Shown here piece by piece: positions 44,902 to 53,728 of a stretch of DNA of 64,000 bases; position 1 is the first letter of the stretch, and the number at the start of each line of letters is the position of its first letter. The stretch lies in sequence record PP496443.1, one strand, 5' to 3'. The position numbers and the translations under genes were made by a program. The notes beneath the pieces were generated by a model. That model was given only the letters and a program-made list of their open reading frames with translations. It searched no databases and was not told the DNA's origin.

Positions 44902-46137
44902 ATGAGCGTTATCATCCCCACCGTAGCGATGGAGAGTGGTCAGCCAGACATGATCATTCAAGGCTGTTCCACTGGTCGCGTCTCTATGGCCGAGCCTAAC
45001 GAGAGCGCCAAACCTAAGTCTTCCAAGAAGCTGTACGAACGTGAAGACCTGATGGCGTACGACAGCGAGTCGGAGCACTGGCAGAAGCAGTTGGCCCGCC
45101 GCTACGCTCACCACGGTGAGATGGTCGGTGTGTTGAACAACGTCGAGGTGGTGCCGGAAGCCACCTATCAGAACTTCGACATGAAGATCACCCCGTACAC
45201 CGCGCAGTTGATGGACCAGAACGACCCCAACTGCCCGATCCGTTTGCAGTACATGCCGACCAACAAAGAGCTGGAGTCGATTCAGCGCGAAGAGACCATG
45301 CACAACGAGCTGGGCGAGGAAGAGGACACCATCCCCGGTACCTCGGTCGTGCATCGCTACCCGCGTCGCGTCTTGTTCCTGACCACTACCCAATGCGCCA
45401 GCTTCTGCCGTTACTGCACCCGTGCACGCATCGTCTCCCACGGCGGCGAAGCGGCGATCACCAAGAAGCACCTTGACGCCAGCATCGACTACATCGCCGG
45501 GAACAAGGACATCGAAGACGTGCTGCTGTCCGGCGGTGACCCGTTCATCCTCCCAGACAACAAGCTCGACGAGATCCTCGGTCGTATCCGTGCTGAAGCA
45601 CCTCACGTTCGCTTCCTGCGTATTGGTAGCCGACTGCCGGTCCAGATGCCGACTCGTATCACTCCAGAGCTGTGCGAGATTCTGGAACGCCACAACGTCA
45701 ACATGGTCAACATCCATGTGAACCACCCGAAAGAGGTTACCCCTCTGCTGGCCTCCCGGTTGAAGATGCTGCGTAAAGCGGGCGTCATGCTGGGCAATCA
45801 GGCGGTCCTGCTGAAAGGCGTGAACGACTCCATCGAGGTGATGACCGAGCTGTGCTTGCGCATGGTCGAGATGGGTGTGCGTCCGTACTACGTCTACTCC
45901 AACGATCCGGTTGCGCAGGCCGCACACTTCACCGTCTCGCTCCGTGATATGCTGGACATCAACGAAGGCATGCGTGGCTTCCTGTCCGGCCCGGCAATGC
46001 CCACCTTCGTGGTGGATGGCGTCGGTGGCTTGGGCAAGATGCCCGTGCAGAAAGAGTACGTATCAATGCTGGGCAGTGGTAAGATCTGGGCCACCAACTT
46101 CGAAGGAATGACCACCCGCATGCCCCATCTGGAGTAA
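44902..46137 (+). CDS. kamA: KamA-family radical SAM lysine 2,3-aminomutase
   Basis: HRYPRRVL, CASFCRYCTR (CxxxCxxC), VLLSGGDP, RIGSR.PV..P.RIT, HVNHPKE, NQAVLLKGVND, RPYY and PTFVVD..GG.GK.P (PLP lysine). Confidence 0.95.
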   Translation: MSVIIPTVAMESGQPDMIIQGCSTGRVSMAEPNESAKPKSSKKLYEREDLMAYDSESEHWQKQLARRYAHHGEMVGVLNNVEVVPEATYQNFDMKITPYTAQLMDQNDPNCPIRLQYMPTNKELESIQREETMHNELGEEEDTIPGTSVVHRYPRRVLFLTTTQCASFCRYCTRARIVSHGGEAAITKKHLDASIDYIAGNKDIEDVLLSGGDPFILPDNKLDEILGRIRAEAPHVRFLRIGSRLPVQMPTRITPELCEILERHNVNMVNIHVNHPKEVTPLLASRLKMLRKAGVMLGNQAVLLKGVNDSIEVMTELCLRMVEMGVRPYYVYSNDPVAQAAHFTVSLRDMLDINEGMRGFLSGPAMPTFVVDGVGGLGKMPVQKEYVSMLGSGKIWATNFEGMTTRMPHLE

Positions 46138-46200
46138 GCGTTCCCAGACACTCCCTAGTTCCATTGTACAAGCTTCAAATGCCCCATTTGCGCTAGGTCC

Positions 46201-46208
46201 TGTAAATG
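46201..46208 (+). promoter_or_regulatory. TGTAAATG box
   Basis: Intergenic, upstream of 46289; also part of a CCCCATTT/AAATGGGG inverted repeat. Confidence 0.45.
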
Positions 46209-46288
46209 GGGTTGCTTATCAGCGTTGCAATGTGTTACGCTGGATTGGACCCATTTTATTCCGATAACCGAAACCCCGAGGTATCACC

Positions 46289-46720
46289 ATGAGCTTCACA
46301 GTAACCGTAGCTGCACAGACCATCGCTGCCCCTGAGTCGCTGGGTAGCCCGAAAGGCATCAGCGTCCTCGAAGCCAACGAAGGCTTTGCTGTCATCGAAT
46401 TCCAACGTCCTCGCGCCTCGAAGCGTGACCAGATCGCCGTCCCTCGCGTCCAGATCCTTTCCCTGAGCCACGGCAGCGCCGACGGCGACAGCGGTTACCT
46501 GATCGCTCAAGGCATGGCCGGTGTGGCCGACGAATTCGAAGCCGCAAGCTTCACCATCGAAGGCAACGTTGCCACGTTCGTGACCGCTGAAGGCGCCACT
46601 ATCGAAACCGACGCACGTCTGACCCGTATCCTCGCTTACGGCGTGGAAGAGGGCGAAAACAGCCTGCTGGGTAAGCCGGAAAAGAAAGTAAAACCGAAAG
46701 CAAGCACCAAGAAGAAGTAA
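46289..46720 (+). CDS. Hypothetical protein with Lys-rich tail, probably highly expressed
   Basis: 143 aa, GAGG RBS, extreme codon bias, own terminator. Confidence 0.75.
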   Translation: MSFTVTVAAQTIAAPESLGSPKGISVLEANEGFAVIEFQRPRASKRDQIAVPRVQILSLSHGSADGDSGYLIAQGMAGVADEFEAASFTIEGNVATFVTAEGATIETDARLTRILAYGVEEGENSLLGKPEKKVKPKASTKKK

Positions 46721-46749
46721 TCAACACGGCCCGCGCCGGTTGAGATTGT

Positions 46750-46781
46750 AAAAAGCCCCTTCCGTTCGGTTGGGGCTTTTT
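46750..46781 (+). terminator. Intrinsic terminator
   Basis: AAAAAGCCCC...GGGGCTTTTT. Confidence 0.75.
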
Positions 46782-46800
46782 CGTTATACCGAGGTGTCCC

Positions 46801-47121
46801 ATGGCTAAAGACAGATTCCTGATCTACTCCAAAAACTGCTTAGGGTGTAAACACCTCGTTGATGGAGCCAAGAAGACCTACACTGCGTGTCACTACAGTG
46901 AAGGCAACGAACGCTGCCCCGCGCAGTACGTCCAGATTATTACGGGTGTGGATATCCATGCCTTGGCTACTGAGTTGGCAGACGCCATCAGGGCTAACAA
47001 TTCCAAGAAGTACGATCGGGTGAATGCCAAGATCGGTAAATTGGACACTGTGATTGCCAGTAGTGTGAAGCTGGCCGCAGACAACCTAATAGCAGGGGCC
47101 GGTGATGGCGAAGGTAAATAG
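46801..47121 (+). CDS. Small Cys-containing (putative Zn-binding) protein
   Basis: CLGC...C...CP motif, GAGG RBS. Confidence 0.65.
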   Translation: MAKDRFLIYSKNCLGCKHLVDGAKKTYTACHYSEGNERCPAQYVQIITGVDIHALATELADAIRANNSKKYDRVNAKIGKLDTVIASSVKLAADNLIAGAGDGEGK

Positions 47122-49075
47122 TAAGCAGGAAGGTTACAGCGCCGACAGCGTTCGGGCGCTGACCGGCCTGGAAGTAATCCGCAACAACATATCGATGTAC
47201 ATCGGGTCCACTGACTCTGACGCACTGTTCACTCTGGCCCGCGAACCGCTGGACAACGCGGTGGACGAGGCGCTGGCTGGTCGTAACGACGAAGTGTTCT
47301 TCCGTGCACACGGCACATGGAAAGGTTCAGCGTTCACGCCGACCGTCATGCTGATCGCAGACAATGGCACCGGTATCCCGATTGAGAAGCCGAAGGGTGA
47401 GACGCGTTCCGCACTGGAGATCGTGACCAGTCACGTGCACGGCGGCGGCAAGTTCAAAGACGCTGGTGCCTACGCTGCATCGATCGGTACGCACGGGGTG
47501 GGTATCAAGGCAACCAACGCCCTGTCCTCGTCGTTCTCGGCGTACACGTTCCGCAACAAGAAGTGGCACGTGATTCACTACAAAGATTCCAAGCTGGTCA
47601 AGCCGCCATCGGAAGCCAGCGCGCTAGAGCTGAAGTCACTGTGGGGTGAACTGGGCGAGACCCGGAAGCGGGGCACCGTCATCCGCTTCTCCCCGGACTA
47701 CGGCTTCCTCGACAAAGGTTCGGCACTTTCCATCGCTGACCTGACCCACTGGTTCGAACTGCGCGCCTACTTCAACTCAGGCATCAAGTTCCGCATGGAG
47801 TACGCCCAAGCCAAGAAGGAAGACTTCAAGGCGTTGGAGTTCTACCACGATGATGGTCTGAACGACTACATGAAAATGCGCTTGAAAGAACTCAAGTGCG
47901 AGCTGATGACCGACAGTCACTTCTCTATCCACACGCCGCATCTGGACGTGATCCTCGCATTCAGTGATACCGACGGATGTAAGGTGGACAGCTACACCAA
48001 CACCATGTACAACTCTGTCGGCGGCAACCACCAGCGGTCCACTTTCACCCTGATCTCCGACGCGTTGGCCCCGTACGCGGGCAAGAATGAATTCCACAAG
48101 GACGACATTCGGGAAGGCGTGGTCGGCCTGATCAACTTCAAGATCGATACGCCGAAGTTCGCCAGCCAGACCAAAGAACGCTTGGCTGACCCCCGCTTTG
48201 AGATCCTGTGCACTGAGGAACTGGAAGAGGCGCTCTCCAAGTTCTTCAAGAAGAACAAGGATCTGGCAAAGCAACTGTGTGAACGTGCGGCTCGCCTGCG
48301 TGATCTCAAGGACAAGTTCAGCCTGACCAAGAAGGCGGCTACCGCCCTCAAGAAGTTGCGTTCAGGCGGATCTCTGCTGCCGGGCAAGCTGACCGAGGTT
48401 AAGGACTGCTCCGTAGAAGAGCGTGAGCTGTTCACGGTGGAAGGTGACTCGGCGGGCGGTACGGCCAAAGGCGCTCGTATGCAGGAACCGTACCGCTATC
48501 AGGAAACGCTGGCCCTCAAGGGTAAGATCCTGAACGTGATCAAGGAAGTGGAAAAGGGCAAAGGCGACGCCATCTGGGACTCCCACGAAGTGCAATGCAT
48601 CTTGACTTCCCTCGGCTACAAGCCCGAAGCCAAAGACCCACTCAAGGAACTGCGCGTGGGCAAGATGATCCTTATGGCCGATGCCGACGATGACGGTGCC
48701 CACATCGCCATGCTTCAGATCGCGCTGATCGCCAAGTTCCTCCCAGGCATGTTCGACATGGGCATGGTGTATATCGCCGATCTTCCCAAGCGTATGTGCA
48801 CGGTGAAGGAGAAGGGCCGGAATAAGATGTACTTCGGCAACACGGTCGATGAGATCAAAGCCCAGATCCCACACGTCAAGGAACCGCCGATTGTTTATCT
48901 GAAAGGTCTGGGTGAGATGAACGCTGACGCATTGCGTTACACCGCCTTCGATCCGACCACCCGCAAGTTGATCAAGATTATGCCGCCGTCCGCCGCTGAC
49001 TTGCTGGACATCGACCGGCTTATGGGTGTGTCCACGGCTGAGCGTAAGCGCTTGCTGGGCATCGAGACCGAGTAA
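47102..49075 (+). CDS. gyrB: Type IIA topoisomerase subunit B (GyrB/ParE-like)
   Basis: GHKL motifs EPLDNAVDE, DNGTGIP, HGGGKF and GTHGVGIKATNALS; TOPRIM motifs VEGDSAGG, LKGKILNV, MADADDDGAHI and LKGLGEM. Confidence 0.95.
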   Translation: MMAKVNSKQEGYSADSVRALTGLEVIRNNISMYIGSTDSDALFTLAREPLDNAVDEALAGRNDEVFFRAHGTWKGSAFTPTVMLIADNGTGIPIEKPKGETRSALEIVTSHVHGGGKFKDAGAYAASIGTHGVGIKATNALSSSFSAYTFRNKKWHVIHYKDSKLVKPPSEASALELKSLWGELGETRKRGTVIRFSPDYGFLDKGSALSIADLTHWFELRAYFNSGIKFRMEYAQAKKEDFKALEFYHDDGLNDYMKMRLKELKCELMTDSHFSIHTPHLDVILAFSDTDGCKVDSYTNTMYNSVGGNHQRSTFTLISDALAPYAGKNEFHKDDIREGVVGLINFKIDTPKFASQTKERLADPRFEILCTEELEEALSKFFKKNKDLAKQLCERAARLRDLKDKFSLTKKAATALKKLRSGGSLLPGKLTEVKDCSVEERELFTVEGDSAGGTAKGARMQEPYRYQETLALKGKILNVIKEVEKGKGDAIWDSHEVQCILTSLGYKPEAKDPLKELRVGKMILMADADDDGAHIAMLQIALIAKFLPGMFDMGMVYIADLPKRMCTVKEKGRNKMYFGNTVDEIKAQIPHVKEPPIVYLKGLGEMNADALRYTAFDPTTRKLIKIMPPSAADLLDIDRLMGVSTAERKRLLGIETE

Positions 49076-49133
49076 TCCACCCCATTGCATACCCCGATCC
49101 GTTGCGCACCGCCTGGAGCGTTATACGCGGTCG

Positions 49134-49141
49134 GGTAAATG
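49134..49141 (+). promoter_or_regulatory. GGTAAATG box
   Basis: Intergenic, 20 nt upstream of 49161. Confidence 0.5.
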
Positions 49142-49160
49142 CTGGGTAGTGAGGTGATTC

Positions 49161-49376
49161 ATGCGCAACACAATGATGAAGTCGGTCAAGTGCACGACAT
49201 GCCGAGGTGAAGGGTTCACGGTGGATACGTCTCGGTCCAAAGGATCGATGGACGAACAGATAGACCGATGCCACACGTGCAAGGGCCAAAAGGTGGTGAT
49301 CGTTAAGATCTTTGACCCGTCCCCGGAAGACCAAGCCAATCAGTACGCTGCCCTATACGAACAGGATAAGAAGTAA
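49161..49376 (+). CDS. Small DnaJ-type zinc-finger protein
   Basis: CTTCRGEG and CHTCKGQK (CxxCxGxG repeats), GAGG RBS. Confidence 0.7.
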   Translation: MRNTMMKSVKCTTCRGEGFTVDTSRSKGSMDEQIDRCHTCKGQKVVIVKIFDPSPEDQANQYAALYEQDKK

Positions 49377-50884
49377 TGGCTAAGACAATCAGCAAGACTC
49401 GGGCTGCCAAAGTTAAAGCGGGAATCGCAGCAGACGTAAACATCCGGGAAGTTCCCATTCTGGAATGGTCTATCGAGGCGTACATCGATACATACGCTAA
49501 GATGACTCTGGAAGACCGGGCCATCCCCGACGTGATCGACGGACTGATGCCTTCTGAACGCCGTACTATCTGGGCAGCTCACGTCCTGAATGCCCACCAC
49601 GAAGGCAAGTTCTACAAAGCCGCCCGTATCGTCGGTGACGTGATCGGCAAGTTCCACCCTCACGGTGACACGTCGGCGTATGGTACGCTGGTCAAGAGCG
49701 TGATGCATCTGTGCCACCCGTATTTCCTCGGACAAGGTAACTGGGGTACGGTCGAGGAACCCAAGAAGTTCGCGGCCATGCGATACACTGAGACGAAGCT
49801 GTCCAAGTACAGCGGACTGGTCTTGCTGGACAAGGACTACTTGGCTGTGACCGAGATGGTGCCCACGTACGACGGCTCGTTGCGAGAACCATTCGTGCTT
49901 CCGGCGCTGCTCCCTAACCTACTGATCAACGGCACGTACGGCGTGGCGACAGGCGCTACCACGTATTGCCCGTCGTTCAAAATCGAAGGGGTTATTGCGC
50001 TGGTACAGAAGGCCCTTAAAGGTTCGAAGCTCCGTGCACGTGACTGCCATAACCTGCTGGAGTTCAACACCCCGTACGGCGGCTATGCTGTCGTAGACGA
50101 GGACGATGAAGAAGAGGTGGCGGAACTCACCAGCATCTTCGAGACGGGGGTGGGTCGAGTCTACTATGCCTGCGACTACGAACTACTGGAAGACAAGCAT
50201 GCGGCACTGGTGACCGGGTTCGTACCTTATCAGTCGGTCACCGCAGCCGTCCTCAAGATCGGTGAGGACGAACGCGTTGCCGAAGTTAAAGACGTATCGG
50301 GTATCAACGAGGCGGGTGATGTTGAGATCGCCTACCAGATCACGTTCAAGCGCAGCGTCAGCAAGATGATGTTGCAGGAAGTGGCCGACGAAGTACTGTC
50401 TGCATTCGACCGGGTTCAAAACTTCAAGATGAACGTCAACCAGCGGCGCTGGAACGAGATGGACGGTAAAGCTAACTCGACGTTTGGCAGTACCGGCGTG
50501 CTCGGTGTAGTAGAGACGTGGGTGGCATGGCGGCTGGCGCTGGAGCAACGGTACCTGGAGTACAAGAACTCGAAGCTGGAGCAACGCAACTGGGCCATCA
50601 ATACCCTGCTGCTCGCGGCCAATGCGCTGGATGTTATCATGGCAGGCTTGAAGCGGGACGATACCGAGGCCTACATCAAGTCCAAGCTCAAGATCACTGA
50701 TGAGCAGGTCGAGTATATCCTTGACCGTCAAGTGCGGTCCCTGAAGAAGCTTAATCAGGATCGACTCAAGTCTGAGCTGAAAGAAAACCTGGCGACCATC
50801 AAACACCACAAGGAAATGATCAAGACTCCAGAGGTTCCTGTGGCGGCACAACTAAAAGACTTCGCCAAGACACTGGCTGAGTAA
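49376..50884 (+). CDS. gyrA: Type IIA topoisomerase subunit A (GyrA/ParC-like), lacking the C-terminal pinwheel
   Basis: RAIPDVIDGL, KAARIVGDVIGKFHPHGD, GQGNWG, AAMRYTE (catalytic Tyr) and LPNLLING; only 502 aa. Confidence 0.95.
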   Translation: MAKTISKTRAAKVKAGIAADVNIREVPILEWSIEAYIDTYAKMTLEDRAIPDVIDGLMPSERRTIWAAHVLNAHHEGKFYKAARIVGDVIGKFHPHGDTSAYGTLVKSVMHLCHPYFLGQGNWGTVEEPKKFAAMRYTETKLSKYSGLVLLDKDYLAVTEMVPTYDGSLREPFVLPALLPNLLINGTYGVATGATTYCPSFKIEGVIALVQKALKGSKLRARDCHNLLEFNTPYGGYAVVDEDDEEEVAELTSIFETGVGRVYYACDYELLEDKHAALVTGFVPYQSVTAAVLKIGEDERVAEVKDVSGINEAGDVEIAYQITFKRSVSKMMLQEVADEVLSAFDRVQNFKMNVNQRRWNEMDGKANSTFGSTGVLGVVETWVAWRLALEQRYLEYKNSKLEQRNWAINTLLLAANALDVIMAGLKRDDTEAYIKSKLKITDEQVEYILDRQVRSLKKLNQDRLKSELKENLATIKHHKEMIKTPEVPVAAQLKDFAKTLAE

Positions 50885-50911
50885 CCCAATCCGAAACATG
50901 AGGCACATCCC

Positions 50912-51604
50912 ATGGCGAGCACGCTGGGCATTAAAGAAGCACAAGACATACTGGGGCTGGAACCGGGCGCTGACCTTGCCGACGTCAAAAAGGCGGTGCG
51001 CAAGCTGTGCCAAAGGTTCCACCCGGACAAGGAAGGCGGTGACCCTGAGATGTTCCGACGTGTACGGGAAGCTGGGGAGTTGCTGGAGGAGATTCTGGCG
51101 GATCACGACATCATCCCGAATGAGGAATACCTGGACGCGCTCAACTACGTCATCACCATGCTCGGCCAGAAGTACGTGGCGGCTGAGATGGACGGGATGA
51201 ATGCCAGGCGTCGTGTCGCGATCAAGATGACCAACGACGTTTTCAGCTTCCACAACCTGCAGCAAGCGGCCTTCGCAGCGGCAGCCCCGCCCAGTGCAGA
51301 GTCCTACGTGTTGAACGAACTCGAACAGGAGATCAAAGTCAACATCGATGAGTTCAATTCATCTATCGAACGGCACTCTGTTCAGGGTAAAGGGCTGCGC
51401 ATGTTGATGCAAAACATGAAAGCGCCGAAGATGGCCTACTCCGTGTGGCAAGACGCTCGGGATTCCTTGGCGCAGGCTATTCGCCAGCAACGCAACAACA
51501 TCCGCATGGCGAAGATCCGGCTGCAAGCACTGGAAGAGTTCGAAGCCATCCAGCACAAGCGCAAGCAGGAAGCCATTCGTCTGGCCCATGGGGTGCGCTC
51601 ATGA
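50912..51604 (+). CDS. J-domain co-chaperone
   Basis: ILGLEPGA...VKKAVRKLCQRFHPDKEGGDPEMFRRV (HPD motif), then a coiled-coil C-terminus. Confidence 0.88.
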   Translation: MASTLGIKEAQDILGLEPGADLADVKKAVRKLCQRFHPDKEGGDPEMFRRVREAGELLEEILADHDIIPNEEYLDALNYVITMLGQKYVAAEMDGMNARRRVAIKMTNDVFSFHNLQQAAFAAAAPPSAESYVLNELEQEIKVNIDEFNSSIERHSVQGKGLRMLMQNMKAPKMAYSVWQDARDSLAQAIRQQRNNIRMAKIRLQALEEFEAIQHKRKQEAIRLAHGVRS

Positions 51605-52212
51605 TCTCGGAGCAAATGTTGCACTGGTTGAAGACCGCAGCTCCGTGGAAGCCCGTGCTGATCGTGGATATCGACGGTGTGATCTTGAACAACGAACATC
51701 GCCTGCATCACATCGTGCACACGGTGGACGGCGTTCAGGTGAACCGTACGGATGCGGACTGGGAGGCCTTCCATGCCAAAGGCTCCATGGATACGCCGGG
51801 CGCGGCGGCAGCGTTCATTGAGGCAGCTTACAACACGTTCACTCCGATCTTCGTTACGGCCCGTGTGGCCTTTGGTGAGCAGCGCAAGCACGTGCACCAG
51901 ATGCTTGAGAAGACGTTGCCCAAGATCAAGGACATCAACTGGCGTACAGGTTGCCCGTCCAAGGATGAGATATTTCCATTGTTCATGCGGGCGCCCAACG
52001 AGAACTGGGACACACAGAAGGTGGGCGGTGGGGACGCCATCGTGCACCACTCTGATTACAAGCGAGTGGCGATCCAGTGGCTTCGGGCTCAAGGTATAAA
52101 TCCCATGGCTGGTCTGGATGACTCCCTTACCATTTGCAAGATGTTCGCGGAGGAAGGCCTCCTGAGCTTGCGAGTTCACAACCACGTAGCAGACGCGGCG
52201 CTGATGCGCTGA
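51601..52212 (+). CDS. HAD-family phosphatase (PNK 3'-phosphatase-like)
   Basis: LIVDIDGV (DxD), IFVTAR, K and GLDD motifs. Start re-called to the ATG at 51601 (ATGA overlap). Confidence 0.82.
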   Translation: MISEQMLHWLKTAAPWKPVLIVDIDGVILNNEHRLHHIVHTVDGVQVNRTDADWEAFHAKGSMDTPGAAAAFIEAAYNTFTPIFVTARVAFGEQRKHVHQMLEKTLPKIKDINWRTGCPSKDEIFPLFMRAPNENWDTQKVGGGDAIVHHSDYKRVAIQWLRAQGINPMAGLDDSLTICKMFAEEGLLSLRVHNHVADAALMR

Positions 52213-52222
52213 GGATAAGAAC

Positions 52223-52603
52223 ATGAAGACTGAACAAGAAATGCAGCGCGCCAAGGTTTCCCAATCGATGGCCGCGCTTCTTAACGATGCCGTCGGTGGA
52301 TCGATAGGACCTTCGTTGCGTGACCTGGGCAATGCGGTCATGGGTAAACCTGAAGCAGCTCACGAAGGTGGTATGTCCGCCACCATGCGACAGGAGAAAG
52401 AGTCGCTGGAAAAGTTCGGTGATAACTACCTCACCATGATGAGCAGACCTAAACACAAGCGCAAGGTGGTGAACCGAGCGATCAAGCGGGTCAATGCCAT
52501 CGTCTCCAAACACGGCGTGTGCCCAAAGGTTCTGGCGCCGGTCCGCTTCGTGTCGTCCAAGAAGGACGTGTTCAACCTGGCTAAGATCAAATCGATCTGC
52601 TAA
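52223..52603 (+). CDS. Hypothetical protein
   Basis: 126 aa, GAGGA RBS. Confidence 0.7.
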   Translation: MKTEQEMQRAKVSQSMAALLNDAVGGSIGPSLRDLGNAVMGKPEAAHEGGMSATMRQEKESLEKFGDNYLTMMSRPKHKRKVVNRAIKRVNAIVSKHGVCPKVLAPVRFVSSKKDVFNLAKIKSIC

Positions 52604-52617
52604 TCGAGGGCAAGACC

Positions 52618-52758
52618 ATGAATGACTATCCCGTGTATCCGTACCACTCTGCACAGGCAAAAGATTTTCGTAAGAACTTCGCAGAGGCACGTGCCGCTGG
52701 ACTCCCTGAGTTCACGTGGGAAGGTCGACGTTACACCACCAAACGAGCAGACGATTAA
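52618..52758 (+). CDS. 46-aa protein missed by the ORF track
   Basis: MNDYPVYPYHSAQAKDFRKNFAEARAAGLPEFTWEGRRYTTKRADD with a GAGG RBS. Confidence 0.65.
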   Translation: MNDYPVYPYHSAQAKDFRKNFAEARAAGLPEFTWEGRRYTTKRADD

Positions 52759-52795
52759 ACCAATGCCCGGCCTAACCGTCGGGCATTGTCGCCTG

Positions 52796-52825
52796 TTGAC
52801 ATCCCGCTTCGACGTGTGGCATACT
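52796..52825 (+). promoter_or_regulatory. Possible sigma70-type promoter
   Basis: TTGACA-N18-CATACT upstream of 52895. Confidence 0.45.
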
Positions 52826-52894
52826 GGCACCATGGGGCTACCATGGCCCCGGAAATGCTGGACCGACCAGCCACTGTCCTAAGAGGAATGCACC

Positions 52895-53317
52895 ATGTCC
52901 AAGCCCGTACCGACCCTGTTCATGAAGGCCCCGTTCGAACTCGTCTGGGGTAAACCGGAGGATGGCAACGAACTGCCGGGATCTCCGTTTGACGGCATCA
53001 ACGTCAAAGGCAATGACTACGCTGCCAGCGCACAAGATCTGATGCTGCTGCACACGATGGTCGATGACTGGGCCTTCGTTCGCTTCACCGTGTTCGGCTT
53101 CGAGTTGACTCTGGATCAGATGCTGATGCTTTGCTGGTGGGAAGACAAGTGCCCGGCACACTGGTCAATGGCAGAGCATGTGGACAATCCCCAGGTTAAT
53201 ACTGCCAGTCATAATGAGGCAACTCTCGCCCAGCGCTGTGCCCAGATTCTTTCAGTGGCATTGGGTAGCGCGGGAAATTGCATTCTTGATATCGAGTCAA
53301 ATCCCAGCAAGGTCTAA
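52895..53317 (+). CDS. Hypothetical protein
   Basis: 140 aa, AGAGGA RBS. Confidence 0.65.
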   Translation: MSKPVPTLFMKAPFELVWGKPEDGNELPGSPFDGINVKGNDYAASAQDLMLLHTMVDDWAFVRFTVFGFELTLDQMLMLCWWEDKCPAHWSMAEHVDNPQVNTASHNEATLAQRCAQILSVALGSAGNCILDIESNPSKV

Positions 53318-53373
53318 TTCACACACGGACCTTTCGGGGTCCGTTCACTTTCTGTCCCAAAGAGGAATGTAAC

Positions 53374-53727
53374 ATGAGCCGTGCACCCGTCCGCAACCAG
53401 GTCTACACCTATGGCGAAATCATCGACGATCTGTTCCTGCGTGACACCCCGTGTCTGATGGTGTACGTCGGTGATGGGGGTAGCCCGATCAAGAGCTACT
53501 ATCCCGTCAACTCTGATCTCACTTACGAGGAACTGCGTAAGCTGCCGGGCTGGGAAGACAGCCGCTGGACGTTCGTTCGTGAGACCAGTGAATGGATTCC
53601 AGTCTTCCACTGGGACAATGATCAAGGTAGCCCGACGCAACTGGTGCAGGTGAACCGTAGTGAGTACTACGATCTGGATCACACGTCCATGGATCGTCTT
53701 ATCGTAACACCGAAAGAGGTAGTCTGA
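53374..53727 (+). CDS. Hypothetical protein
   Basis: 117 aa, AGAGGA RBS. Confidence 0.65.
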   Translation: MSRAPVRNQVYTYGEIIDDLFLRDTPCLMVYVGDGGSPIKSYYPVNSDLTYEELRKLPGWEDSRWTFVRETSEWIPVFHWDNDQGSPTQLVQVNRSEYYDLDHTSMDRLIVTPKEVV

Positions 53728-53728
53728 A

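Noticed and set aside
44902-46137. Simple EF-P modification gene (epmB)
   Set aside because: No epmA/efp neighbours, and it is embedded in a ligase/transferase operon. Kept only as an alternative hypothesis.
52622-52882. 86-aa ORF from the track
   Set aside because: Overlaps the RBS-supported 46-aa ORF in another frame, then crosses a hairpin and a sigma70-like promoter.
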